From Eledone cirrhosa (Eukaryota): DNA of 64,000 nucleotides. Made by a program: the position numbers and the translations under genes. The notes beneath the pieces were generated by a model. The model ran no database searches and was not told where the DNA came from. It saw nothing but the letters and a program-made list of their open reading frames with translations. The DNA lies in the NCBI GenBank assembly GCA_964016885.1, contig OZ024741.1, forward strand, positions 156,674,001 through 156,738,000, in the 5' to 3' direction. Positions 11,721 to 25,227 of the stretch are shown here, one piece after another. How positions within the stretch are numbered: position 1 is the first letter of the stretch; every line of letters begins with the position of its first letter.

Positions 11721-12840
11721 CATTATTGAAAGTCTCTGGATTTCGCAAAATACATAATATTTTCTATTGGAGAAGGTAAAATATTTTTCCGCAAACATTT
11801 GATTGCACTGTTTTGTTTCCACTTATGTATGTTTTGAAAATGTTATTTATTCCTCATAAAAATTAAATGATAGCATTCTATATGTAGGTGGACCCCCTTC
11901 ATCTGGCAACCAACATTTGTAGACTTAATCCATCATTGTATATATATATATATATAATGCCAATCATTGTAAGTTTGGATCTAACTGACATGTAAAACAT
12001 ACATATAGGAATAAGGTAAGCCCCAATTATAGTAGATTCAAATATTACGGAGAGAGAGAGGGGGAAGAAATGAGTTGCAATAGAAATGTAACATGGATTA
12101 CAGGTTAAAATATAGTCTAGATAGATGTGAAACAAAACGAGGAAGTAGTTTATGGAACACCCAAATCTTTTAGAAGTCGACCTTAAGTAGGAGCAATAAC
12201 ATTAAGAAATACATGAACGACACCACAATGCTTTGTTTTGAAAATTTTGAAAGTAGGTTTATAAGTATAAATTTTCTGTATACTATCGTAGTTGTCTCTG
12301 TGGTCTAGCGGAAGGTACTAGCGACGTTGAAGAACCTGACTTTGGGTTCAATCCTGGGCAAGCGATATTTTTATTTTGCAACCAACAGAAAAAAACTAAA
12401 GATATTTTGCCGGGAACACAACTCCCGACCAGGATCGAACTTCAGACCAGGATCACCATCGTCTTTCATTCCTTCAACTAGACTAACGAGACAGCTACAA
12501 AAGTATCATGAAAATTGATAATTATAAAGCTACTTTCAAAATCAAAGTTAAAAAGTTGTGGAGCCGTTCATGGCTTTCCTAGAGCTATTACTAATATTTA
12601 GGGTCAACTTCTGGTCATTATTGAAAGTCTCTGGATTTCGCAAAATACATGATATTTTTTATTCGAGAAGTTAAGATAGTTTTCGCAAAAATTTGATTGC
12701 ACTGTTTTGTTTCCACTTATGTATTTTTCGAAAATGTTATTTATTCATTATAAAAATTAAATGATAGCATTCTATATGTAGGTGGTGGACCCCCTTCATC
12801 TCCTGGCAACCAATATTTTTAGACCCTGTCCGCCTCTGTA
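11721..12840. repeat. ~200-bp direct repeats (11721-11930, 12617-12830), probably DNA-transposon ends
   Basis: cattattgaaagtctctggatttcgc...ggacccccttcatc occurs twice. The - strand ends read TA-CAGAGGCGGA and TA-CAATGATGGA. Confidence 0.7.
12172..12612. repeat. Diverged ~190-bp inverted repeat, each arm ending in a tRNA-like head
   Basis: 12172-12360 aligns to the reverse complement of 12427-12612; A-box-like gtctag.ggaagg and B-box gttc(a/g)atcc occur in both arms. Confidence 0.7.
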
Positions 12841-12897
12841 TATATATATATACACATTCGTATGAACAACACCATATTGCAATAGTATATACAGATA

Positions 12898-13001
<104 letters not shown>

Positions 13002-13221
13002 GGGGTGTATGCATGCTATCATAAACATCGTTATTGTCGTCTCAGTCGTTGTAATTACTATCATCATAGTCTTTGTCTGGAAACAAAACCCATATATCAT
13101 TTGAACTAATATTTCCTTTTTCTTTCGACAATAACATATAACACAGAAGATTTATGTTGTTGCTCTTGTTGTTGTGGCTGCTATATCTTATGTTATTATC
13201 ATTTATTATTATTGTTGTTGC

Positions 13222-13437
13222 GGTGGATTGGCAGTATCGGTAGAGAGTCGGACACCTTGCTTTGCAGCAAAGAGTTACGGCCCTTTACGGATTGCCTGTC
13301 TTCCTTACGGGGTCGATAAAATAAAGTACCAGTAATACACTGGTTAATTGCTGGCCTTGTTTCAAAAGTAGAAACAATTATTATTATTGTTATTATTTAT
13401 TGTAAAATAAAGTACCAGTAATACACTGGTTAATTGC
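13222..13437 (+). mobile_element. SINE with internal deletion plus a duplicated tail fragment
   Basis: ggtggattggcagtatcggtagag head; aaaataaagtaccagtaatacactggttaattgc occurs twice. Confidence 0.8.
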
Positions 13438-16400
13438 CGACCTATAGGGGACAATACAAAAGACTGGGACAGTGGGGTTTTACAGAAAAATCGAGAAAAC
13501 AATATGAATAACAATAACAAAGTAACAAGAAAAATACAACAAGAAAAATTCCCCAATAGAGGGGGATGACCAGTCAGGGTTCGCTCAGGTACCCCACCAA
13601 TCCTGAACGACCCGACGCTTCCAGAGCACCCTAGAGGGGCACCTCTCTCCTTCTCAAATTTATACACCTACAGGCGCATGACCAGAGTAGGCCCACACAC
13701 ACGGGCCATTCTCACCACATTCACCCACTTTTCAGCAAATGTACTGGGGGACAGCACTTCTCTCTCCACCCTCACCTTCCTTTCCAAGTGAAACTTGAAA
13801 AAGTTGATGAGGGATTGGCCGAACAGAAAAGTGTCTGTCTTCAGTCCTTTCAACCTCGTCCACCATATAACCTCTTTCGCTACTGCCCTTCCTGGCCAAA
13901 AGAAGGTGGCGGGTCGATATTCACTATGGACTCGGCGGATAGCCGGATCCGTTCTACACGCGACAACAGCTGTTCGACATAACTCCACAAGTCAGTAATG
14001 CACGGACACTGGACGAGTGCGTGCAGAACGGTTTCGTCGCTCTGCGCGCATCTTGGGTAGGCCCGTCTGACAGCACTTCCGTGCCTGTAGAGTTTATCTC
14101 GAACCGGCAGTGACCCCCGGTAGCACTGCCAAGCGAGGGATTTTGGGAAATTATCCATCGTACCCGGCTCGAAAGTACTCCGGTACAGACTGGTCAGTTC
14201 GACTTCGTCGACTCCCAGAGTCTCTCCGAGTGCGTCATCGCACTTCCCACCACTAATCTTCTATAGAACTCGAGAGTGGAAGTTCCACTGACACCATTGC
14301 CCGCCTGGTAGAGGGCAGTGAGTGCCTGGCAACATTCCAGATGCCAGTCACCCAGTCTCGGTCTCTACTTGACCCAAGACTGCAGCTCAGTCAATGAGAC
14401 GAGCTGCAGAAAAGCCCGTCTGACAAACGGCAACCACACCTGTTCACCGTTTAGGCAGAATATCTGGAGATGCCGCAGCCTCGGTGCATGTCTGCGCATC
14501 ATTAGCCACGGCATGCCCAGCCCTCCACGTAGAGGGTGCTGGCAGCAGATGGACAGCCTCACCAGCAGAACCTGACCTCTCCACAAGAATTTGAAGAGGA
14601 GCCGCTCCAAGATGGCGAGGCGCGAACGGGGGCAAGACACGACGGTCAGACGGTAGTAGATGACGGACGCAATGTACGCGTTCGCCACCTCCGCTCGACC
14701 TTTCAGTGATAGCTTCCTCCCAGCCCATTTCTGGGTGAGACTGGCTACCCTGCTCGTCACCTCGTCCCAATTATTATCCACCTGGTGGTCTGCCCCGAAC
14801 CAAACCCCGAGCAACTTTACCGGTCCGTCCGTCCAGCGCCTACGAGGCATGGACTTGCCTCTCCAGGTGCCGAGTTGCAAGCCCACCGACTTTTCTGGGT
14901 TAAGTTTTGCTCCCGTCAACCTTTCATATTCCTCCAATAAGTTGCCGACCACCTCGATTTCTGAGGTGTCCGACACCATCACGGTGATGTCGTCCGCATA
15001 AGCCGACACAACCTTTCCGCGTCCCGGTTAGAGCGGGATGCCCTGCAACAGCTCCAGCTTCCGCAGTAAAGGCTCGAGAGATAATACGTACAGAAGGGAG
15101 GAGAGAGGGCACCCTTGTCGGACCGATCGGGAGACCTGAAACGGTTCCGAGAGGTGGCCATTAATTTTGACCACCGAGCAGGTGCCGCTGTGCATTGCAG
15201 CGATCCAGCTTCGGAAAACGAGGCCGAAGCCAGCCGCCTTGAAGACAGCCTCCAGGTACCGATGGTCGAGCCTATCGAATGCTTTCGATTGATCTTAATT
15301 GATCAGAGCCCCACCGAAACCAGGTTTACACCCTACCCTCTCTATGATGTATCGCATTTGGTGGAGGTTGTCGTGTATGGACCTGGTTGGGATTGCACAA
15401 GTTTGCGCCTGCCCAACCAAATCTCGAACGACAAGCGCCAACCTCTTCGCTAACACCCTGGCCAAAATCTTAAACTCTGTGTTGAGCAGGGTTATGGGCC
15501 TGAAATTGTCTAATGTGTCCCTCTTGTCCTCGTCTTTCCTTAAAAGCGTCACTACGCCCCGGCTCACAGAACTGGGAATACTCCCGTTCTGCTGCCAGTT
15601 GCAGTAGAGGGCTTCGAGGAGATTGGAGAACAAGTCTGGCATATTTACGTAAAGCTCGTAGGGCAGACCATCCAAACCGGGTGACTTGCGCCTTATGCAG
15701 CCGACAAGGGCATCCTGAATCTCGGCTGAAATAATCGGCCTTTCGCAGCGCCCAGCGTCGGCCGTCGAGAGTTGCGTCAAGCCATCGAGTTAGGGATTGA
15801 AGTCCGCCACCGCCTCTGACCCGCCACTTCCCCCGAACAACCGAGCAGCATGTTGGCGAAAGGCCTCACACATCCGATTGGAATCGCTCAGCTCGTGTCC
15901 GTCTCGATCCGTCAAAGACCGAATCGTGGTTTTATTACCACGCTGCGCCTCTGTCACGCGGACCCATCGAAAAGTTTTGGTTCCCTCGTTTCTCAGAGCA
16001 CACCCCTTAGCTCTGACAATGCAACTTTCGCATTTCGCATTGAAGAAATGGTCTATTGCCATTCTCGCCGCTAGCACGTCAGTTGCAATGCCACTACCAA
16101 TAGCCTCATCTAACTTATCTACCAACTCCCCCTCCTTTTTATTTTTCCCTAACGCTACTTCTTTGCTAAACTCTATCGACATTACTCTAATCTCAATTTT
16201 GAGAGCCCCCCCCCCACCATCTATTGTTGACGACTCCCCCTGTCAACTTTTTCTTAACTAAATTGTTAACCTGGTCCCTGTAAGCCTTACGTGCCGGAAA
16301 TGACATGTTTAGCTTCCAGTAACAAGGCCCTAACCTACGCGTCTTATCTAGGTCGACCATACAGATCACAAACTTGTGATCTGAATAGGCGACCGTTTCA

Positions 16401-17745
16401 AAACGTGGACAACTTACACTATTTCTGTCTATTTTCCTAATGAATATTCTGTCTCTATACTATCTAGATGACTCTCTGCGGTTAGACCAGGTCCACACTG
16501 GCGCATTAGGGAAATCTAGTCGGTACCTGTCAGACAGTTGGAACTGGCTGATCAGGTTCTTGAGGCTTTTGCACCCCGCGCTCCTATCGGATACTCCCAC
16601 ACAGTCCCAGCGTGCGTCTAAGATGCCTTTCCAGTTTCCCGCTAACAGTAAAGTCCGGCCGTGCTGCCCCAGTAGGGACGTAGACGGCCACCACTCTAAA
16701 GGCACCACCTTCGTTATTGTTCACGTCCAGGACCACCAACTTCCCGTCCGGGTCCCGGAAGATCGACCTTACCTCGGGATCCAGGACTTTCCTAAACAAC
16801 ACTGCCACCCCACCTCCCATTCCCGACCGATAACAGATGCAAGGATCTGATAGTCGTCTAAAATGGGGGCTAGTGCGCGCGTGTCGGTAATCCTGGTCTC
16901 GCTGACGGCAATTACATCCATTTCTAGAGACCTGAGGTCGTTGAGCAGGTGACCCTGCTTCCAGGACGATCACAGGCCTCGAACATTTAAACATCCTACT
17001 CTTAATACGGCCATGCGGGCTCTTGTGAAGGTCGAGTTGTTCGACCTCCATACTTGGTGGGGTTTCTTTTGGGAACCGCTTTAAAAGTCTTGAAGTGGGT
17101 TTTACGTTCGGGGTTCCCACGTCCCGAGGAAAGCTGTCTCGTATCTCTTTGTATAAATCGAGCGACATTCCCACCAGAAACAAATCTTCCGGCACGCGAA
17201 ATGTGCTTGATTTAAAAATGTCCCCCTCTTTTTGTATATTTTCACTTTGTGCTACGAGGGCCATCAGTTCCTTGTTGGCCCTCCTGACGAGCACGAAGTT
17301 TTGTATGTTTTGTTGGTGTGATTTTATTTGTTTGTGTGGCTGTGGTGGTGATGGTTTTGGTGGTGTTGTTTCGGTTGTCTGTGTTTGTTGTGAGTGCGGT
17401 GTCTGTGGTTTCAGATGTTTGTGTGTGTATTTGTTCTTGCCTCTGTTGTTTGTGTATGGGGGATTCTGGTGATGGTGATGGTGGTGTTGATGTTGGTGTT
17501 ATTGGAGAGGTGTTTGCGTGGGTGGCGTTTGCATTTGTTTTATTGTGGGTGATTTTGTGCTTTGTTGAGTTTTTTTTTTCTTTCTGTGTTTCCTTTTTTG
17601 TATTTTGGGGGATTTGGGTTTTCCCTCATCTTCACTACTGGTAGATGAGGGGTCTGTGTCTGTAAGTGTGTCTGTGTGTGTGTTTATCTTTTTATTGATG
17701 TATGTATTGGGAGGGGGGGGGGGATTTGACAACTTTCCTCGTTTC
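13438..17745 (-). mobile_element. Tx1/L1-clade LINE, truncated within ORF1
   Basis: ORF1 remnant followed by ORF2 (APE-RT-Zn) and a 3' UTR; GC-rich relative to the flanks. Confidence 0.9.
13668..17014 (-). pseudogene. LINE ORF2 (APE endonuclease, RT, zf-RVT), frameshifted
   Basis: MAVLRVGCLNVRGL start, AGNWKGILD, WTWSN, SDHK, KSPGLDGLPYE, NFRPITLLN, QGCPLSP, AYADD, CAQSDETVLHALVQC. Confidence 0.92.
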
Positions 17746-17767
17746 CTCTGTTAACAACAATGATGAT

Positions 17768-18150
17768 AATTGTTTCTACTTTTAGCACAAGGCCAGCAAT
17801 GACACAGTGCATTACTGAAGTAAAGTACTAGTAATGCACTGGTAAATGCTGGCCTTGTGCCAAAAGTAGAAATAATAATAATTATTATTGGTGGATTGGC
17901 AGTATTGGTAGAGGGTCAGACGCCATGCTTTGACGTATAGAGTTACGGCCCTTGCCATTCTGAGTTCAAATCCCGCCAAGGTTAACTTTGCCTTTCATCC
18001 TTACGGGGTCGATAAAATAAAGTACCAGTAATGCACTGGGTAATTGCTGGCCTTGTGCCTAACGTAGAAACAATTATTATTGTTGTTGAATTGGCAGTAT
18101 CAGAAGAGGGTCGGACAGCCATGCTTTCCAGCATAGAGCTACGTCCCTTG
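17768..18150 (+). mobile_element. SINE cluster: inverted tail pair, full copy at 17890-18075, partial head
   Basis: A-box tggcagtattgg, B-box gagttcaaatccc, 3' (ATT)n tail. Confidence 0.85.
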
Positions 18151-18740
18151 TTTGGCTCATCCAGAACCGCCACCTGGATATTTAGCACCCTCTGCTAGTT
18201 ATGAGCCCCATTATCCCCTCTCCCCCAAATAATTTCAACTTTTACTTTGGTAAGCTAGCGAGCCAAGGTTTTCATTCTTGCTCTGACCACAAAAAGAAAA
18301 TGACTACGCCTGCATTTAACACGACACAATCCATGCTCACTCACTTCAAATTCTGTGACAGGTCATCACACCCTACACTCCTTTCATCTGCTTCGGATAT
18401 TTTCATAAGGGTTCTGGATGAGCGTTCTTATTCTAAGACATTTCTGCTTTATCAATAAGAATAGGATAAAATAATGAGAAAAAAGAAGAAAAAACAGCGG
18501 AATGGATTCGAGAAACGGTAATACTCTACAGCGCTGACTCGAATACTCTACAGCCCTAACTCAAAGTAATATATCAGATGCATCCCACTGAAAGGATGAT
18601 GAAAACATTAACCTAGAGAATAGTTATAAGCGGTGCGCCCTCGCATTACAGAAAGTAATATTCAAATCGAAAGTATGTAGTTGTGAGATGAAATTCTTAA
18701 TGGTACAGCCTTTAGTTTTCTGGATATGGCATATCAAGGA

Positions 18741-18776
<36 letters not shown>

Positions 18777-18881
18777 GATACTACTTCTACTACTACTACT
18801 ACTACTACTGCTACTACAACTACTACTACTACTACTTCTACTACTACTATTACTACTACTACTACTACTTCTACTACTACA

Positions 18882-18921
<40 letters not shown>

Positions 18922-18939
18922 TTACTACTACTACTACTT

Positions 18940-18989
<50 letters not shown>

Positions 18990-18993
18990 GCTG

Positions 18994-19049
<56 letters not shown>

Positions 19050-19070
19050 GCTGCTACTACTTCTACTACA

Positions 19071-19110
<40 letters not shown>

Positions 19111-19331
19111 ATACTACTACTATTACTACTACTACTACTACTACTTCTACTACTACTACTACTACTACTTCTACTACTACTACTACTTCTACTACTACTA
19201 CTATTTATACTACTACTACTACTACTTCTACTACTACTACCTCTACTACTACTACTACTACTACTGCTGCTGCTACTACTTCTACTACTACTACTACTAC
19301 AACTACTACTACTTCTACTACCGCTATTACT

Positions 19332-19391
<60 letters not shown>

Positions 19392-19412
19392 TTACTTCTA
19401 CTACTACTACTT

Positions 19413-19445
<33 letters not shown>

Positions 19446-19481
19446 TTACTTCTACTACTACTACTTCTACTACTACTACTT

Positions 19482-19517
<36 letters not shown>
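18741..19517. repeat. ~780-bp (TAC)n microsatellite
   Basis: Direct sequence; source of poly-L/T/Y ORFs. Confidence 0.97.
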
Positions 19518-19576
19518 GGAACAATCATGACAAAAAAACCTGAATTTTATAATTTGAGAGTCTAAAGTTATTTTAT

Positions 19577-19770
19577 AGATGGTGGTGATGACGTCGATGA
19601 ATACGATGTCGTCATTGATGACGACGATGCTGATGATGATGATGATGACAATAATGATGACGACAGCGATGAGGATGATGATGATGATGATGAAGATGAA
19701 GATGATGATGATGATGATGATTACAACGGCAATGACAGCGGCGATAACGACGGCGACGGCGATGACGGTA
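19577..19770. repeat. (GAT/GAC)n repeat
   Basis: Direct sequence. Confidence 0.9.
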
Positions 19771-19869
19771 TTTGGTTAAATCTTCGGTCCAGTCACTCCA
19801 AAGAAAGAAATGCCAAGTGTAGTCCTACACTTGACAGTTTCAATGGAAATGTCAGTATATGTCTACAGG

Positions 19870-19879
19870 TGCACACACA

Positions 19880-19933
<54 letters not shown>

Positions 19934-20155
19934 TACATACACACACATACACACACACACACAGACACACACACACACACATACACACATACATAGACAC
20001 ACATACACGCACACACACACACGTACACACACACACACACGCACACACGCATATACACACATACATACACACACATACACGCACACACACACGCATACGC
20101 ACACACACACACGCACACACACACATACATACACACACATACATACACACACATT

Positions 20156-20189
<34 letters not shown>

Positions 20190-20302
20190 TATATACGCAC
20201 ATATACATATGCATACACATATACATATGCATACACACATATATACATATACATAGGCACACAAACATGTGCATACACATACAAATACACAAACATATGC
20301 AT

Positions 20303-20363
<61 letters not shown>

Positions 20364-20458
20364 CACACAAATTCATATACACAAACATATGCATACACAC
20401 ACATATATATATATATATATATACATACACACAAATTCAAATACACAAACATATGCAT

Positions 20459-20495
<37 letters not shown>

Positions 20496-20810
20496 CACAC
20501 ACATTCAAATACATATACTCGCATACATATACATAAACACATATATACACACTCACATGAAAACACACTCAAACTCGCACGCACAGAAACCCGCACACAC
20601 ACACACACACAATCATACACAGAAACACACACATGTACACACACGATCGCACACACAGGTACACACACGATCGTGCACACACACACAAATACACAGAGAG
20701 GAACACAGACATACCAACACGCACACACAGAAACTCACACAACATACATATACATGCAGGCACATATATGCATACACCTACATACATATATGTATATGCA
20801 CACACTGTCT
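19870..20810. repeat. Compound (CA)n/(TA)n low-complexity tract
   Basis: Direct sequence. Confidence 0.9.
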
Positions 20811-21732
20811 TTCTCGGGATGTGTGTGTGCTGTGTGTAATATTGTATGTGCACGTATATAGCACTGTTATACTGTATATGTGAGTTGCCCTACGGTATTT
20901 AGACGTGATTATTTGAGTGTGATATATCAATCTAGTACAAGTATGTATATATGTATGTGCATGTTTGTGAATGAATCTAATAGCTGCCTCAGATATTTGC
21001 ATGTATGTGAATATTTTCCTGTAAATATGTGCGCATGCGTGTATATGTGTGTGAAAGATGCCTCTCATGTATATCTAAATAGAAACCTACGAATAGCTAT
21101 TAGGCTCACACAAACACGAATTGTGCTTTGTTTGCAAAGCTATTGATACTACGAGAGTAAACTTTAAGACATCATTGATCGACAGACGACCATAAGGGGC
21201 AAATAGTTGTACAACATTCAATGATAAATTTCGTTTACTATATCCGCATGATACCACAACATTCTATGGTGGTCATTGTCTTATCACTTCGTTTAAATGG
21301 TTAACAGAAATTTATGATGAAAAACATAAATGTGACGACTGATAAGGCAGACAATGAGTCCATTCTCTCTAGAGGTCACGATAAGTTTCTTTTCCGAAAA
21401 CATTATTTTACTGTGTGTATCCTGTCTATGAAACAATACAAGGATGTTCTCTTTCATTGCATATCTGTGTCAATGTACTTCTTTCTATAGAAACACCAGA
21501 TTAAGCAGCGTTTATAACAAAATGTTTCTTGCAACAAAAATTTTAAAAAATGAGCAAAATGCGATTTTTTGTGTTTTTACCCATATTGTGTGAGTATATG
21601 TACACGCATATATGTGTGCGTGTACATATACATACACTTATGTATAAATATACATAAGTGTATGTATATGTACACGCACGCATATATGCGTGTACATATA
21701 CATACACTTATGTGTAAATACTCACACACACA

Positions 21733-21791
<59 letters not shown>

Positions 21792-21972
21792 CATATATAC
21801 ATACATGTGTATATATTTATATATGTGTATGAGTGTGTATGTATATATATATATATATATATATATACCCCTCCATCACCTGGCCTTATCGTGGTTAGGG
21901 AGGCTTGTGTTTTACGTAAATCCAAGGGAGCGTTACCGTCTGAGGTTAAACATAAACATACATACATGCATA

Positions 21973-22502
21973 CATGGTGGTTTCAAACTCTGCTAAGAGT
22001 ATTGCAATAGCTTATCAGATTATAGAAAATAGTGTACCATTAGGCTACAGCCAGCCCCACGAACCTGCAACATATCCTGAAAAAGCAATGCTTATGGTTT
22101 GAAGGTTTTTTTAAAGTAGTGAAAGGCCTTGCACTCTACAAACCCCACACTCTGGGCATCGAAAACACTACCCGAAAAGGAGAACTGGTCAACATCATCG
22201 GATGTTTCTGAAGCCGCAGGTTTTTTTTCAGAGTTTCCCTCTCTTAGAAAGATGTTGTGACAACAACTGGGGGCCTTTTACTCCCAGGTAAATAAAAAAA
22301 AAGTACAATTTGGATGGCCGTTGACTCTGCTGAGTTCCTCCGCCCTTCGCCGAGCCTTGTATTTCATCCTGCAGGGTTTCCAAATATCACCATCCTCACC
22401 AAACAAGCTTGGTGGGGTTGCCGGTTTAGTCGCCGACGACCCAACCATGAAACAGGTTGTACTGGGTTACGTGTTACCAGTAGCACTCGAGAGCGACCTG
22501 AC
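21973..22502 (-). mobile_element. Non-autonomous RTE-derived element, variant 2
   Basis: Its 5' ~190 bp is homologous to 27615-27803; it ends in ccaccatg(tatg)n and has a different middle. Confidence 0.65.
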
Positions 22503-23374
22503 ATACATACATACATACATCGACTGTCAATGCGATCAGTCACACATTTTGGCGTGGGTAAACTATTCATTAAATTTAAGATGAATACTATCTCTTCTAA
22601 CTATATCCACTGAAGACACATTTTATTCGAATTCGTAGAGATATTCAACTATAAATACATAATTCACATAAGATTAGCCATGAGAACGGTAAACAAAATT
22701 TATTTAGTTGTAGCTACAGAAGAAACCAAAATTATAAATCGCATTTCTCTTGGAGTTAAGAACTTAATGATGATTTATTTAATTGTTATAAAATAGAACC
22801 CCTTGGCTATATTAACAGAATGCAGCTATACTTGGACGAAATAGATACAGAGCTAAATCACTTCACAGCCAAACAAGCGACGTTTGTTGAACGTAAATTG
22901 TAAGTCCCCCAGAACAAACATAGAATCAACAGAAGATGCTATAGGTCACCATGCTACTAGAGTTTCTAGCAGCCAAGTCAAACAGTCCTTGAAACAACTA
23001 TACCGGGAGGAAAGTCAACATCACTTGTATCATTTGAGTCTGCCTCGACTGCTATGGAAAACACTATTGATAATAATAATCAAAAGTATAAATAATTGAA
23101 ATTTTCCCTCAACGAAATCTTCCAGTGAAAAATTAATTCATATATAAACATTTCTCTTGCTGAATGTAATAAAACTATACTAAACAAGATAAAATCAAAT
23201 AATGAAATCTAACGTGCTATTGGCGAAATAGGGGATGAATATTTATTAAGAATTAAACGCCCCACATTTTGGCAAATCAACGCCTGTTTATATACCCCAG
23301 CAACGACAGTGAAGCCTTATCTTGGTGATAGCAGGGATACTAACAAGAACCAAACACCACCAAAAATACCATCA

Positions 23375-23842
23375 TCTATATATCTAAAACAGATAATGTC
23401 TGTCTGTCTGTCAGCTCACTAAATCTCGAGAACCACCCAACCGATTGTTACCAAACTTTACACATGTAATACATATGGTCCTGTGAGTCCTGTGAGAAAA
23501 AAAATTCAAATTTTCAATGCCCTAGGGATCGCATTAGACGCCGGTAACGATCTCTCTCTATAATTCTTAGTCTTTCTTTTTAGATAGATACATAGATATA
23601 ACATTGCGCCCTTATAATATCTGTCTGTATGTCTGGCTGTCTACATTAAGACTTTATGACGCTGGGTGTTTGTGTGTGTGTATATATATGTATATATATA
23701 GTGTGTGTGTATATATATATATATAGTGTGTAACGTTTTTCGAAATATTTACTTTTGCGTTCACAGATTGATTTTTGTTTAGTTTCAGAAGATCCCGTTA
23801 AGGGTGAAAGCAGCGATTCTTTGCTTAAACTTTAATCAGTTA

Positions 23843-23912
<70 letters not shown>

Positions 23913-24068
23913 TATATAATCATATTTTCGTGTACAGATATATTTGAATACACAATAACAAAATATAAACAAACGTATTTATTTCACGAGGCTCGATAAG
24001 AATAAATATATATCAAATATATAAGAACCCTAGAGTAAATCTCGAGCAACTCCGGGCCATTCTGCTAG
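23375..24068 (+). mobile_element. Non-autonomous Helitron nested in the LINE
   Basis: A|TCTATATATCTAAAA...(TGTC)n...ctcgagcaactccggg-CTGCTAG|T. Removing it restores the LINE frame KIPS|YVTKIE. Confidence 0.85.
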
Positions 24069-25035
24069 TATGTAACTAAAATAGAAAGATGATTGCTGAC
24101 CTACGAAAAACTATAGGATATGTGAGATTGCTCTTTACTTGCAAACAGAAACAAAGAAACTTCATTCCTCTCCAACAATGAGTGAAAAATAAAATAGAAA
24201 CGATGTTTGGTGACAGTACAGCCAGAACTCTTTAATGTAAGCTGATCACCCCCAAACTAGAATTGAGAGCTGTTACGGAGAAAAGTCGATATCAGAAAAG
24301 GGTAGATGAAAGAAAAGTAATTAATAAAACGGAACCAAACATCAGTCTATAGAGATATGAAGGGTGAATTAATAAATGTCACTGAGGCCCCATCCCAGAA
24401 AGACATAGATTCCTTTTGGATAAAACTATGGGGTGAAAAGAAGAATTTCAACCAAGATGCAGTGTATCTAAAAGAAATTCAAGTGGACTATTGCTCCTAC
24501 ACCACAACAAACGCATATGAAATAAATGAGGATACCCTTGTGATTGTGATAGGATAACTCCAAGATAAAAAAACACCAAGAAGAGATTTGATTGTCGGTG
24601 ACTGGTACAAAAAGCTGATATTTTATAGTTTGTATCTTTTCGACCTCTACCAGCAAGCTCTCAAGGGAGATACACATATACCAGAGTGGTTGACATGAGC
24701 ACGAACAATACTGGTTTCCTAAAACAAAGACACCCACTTGGCAAAAAACTACCGACCTATTGTATGCCAGAACCTAATGTATGAGATGTATTCAGTTTGC
24801 CTGAACCTATTTCTCCAGGATCACTGCAACAGTAATGACATCATCACAGATGAACAAGCAGCTGGAAAGAAAGTTTTGGGGGTTTGCTGAACAACTCCTA
24901 ATTAACAAAACTGCGATGTCAGAGGTACGACAACTTAGGAGGAATATGGCTACAGTCTGGCTGGACTACAGGAAAGCATTTGATTCTGTTTCCCCCTCTT
25001 GGATAATAGAGGCACTCCGACTTGCTAAAACCCAG

Positions 25036-25227
25036 GGTGGATTGGCAGTATCGGTAGAGGGCCGGACGCCATGCTTTGCAGCATAGAGCTACGGCCCTTT
25101 ATGATCTGAGATCAAATCCGGCCGCGGTTAACTTTGCCTTTCATCCTTACGGGGTCGATAAAATAAAGTACAAGTAATACACTGGAATAATTGCTGGCCT
25201 AGTGCCAAAAGTAGAAACAATTATTAT
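25036..25227 (+). mobile_element. SINE inserted in the R4-like RT
   Basis: Full copy of the 17890 family splitting ...ALRLAK / ..AIEKL. Confidence 0.85.

Noticed and set aside
12294-12360. Functional tRNA gene
   Set aside because: Boxes are present but there is no convincing cloverleaf; it is part of an inverted repeat.
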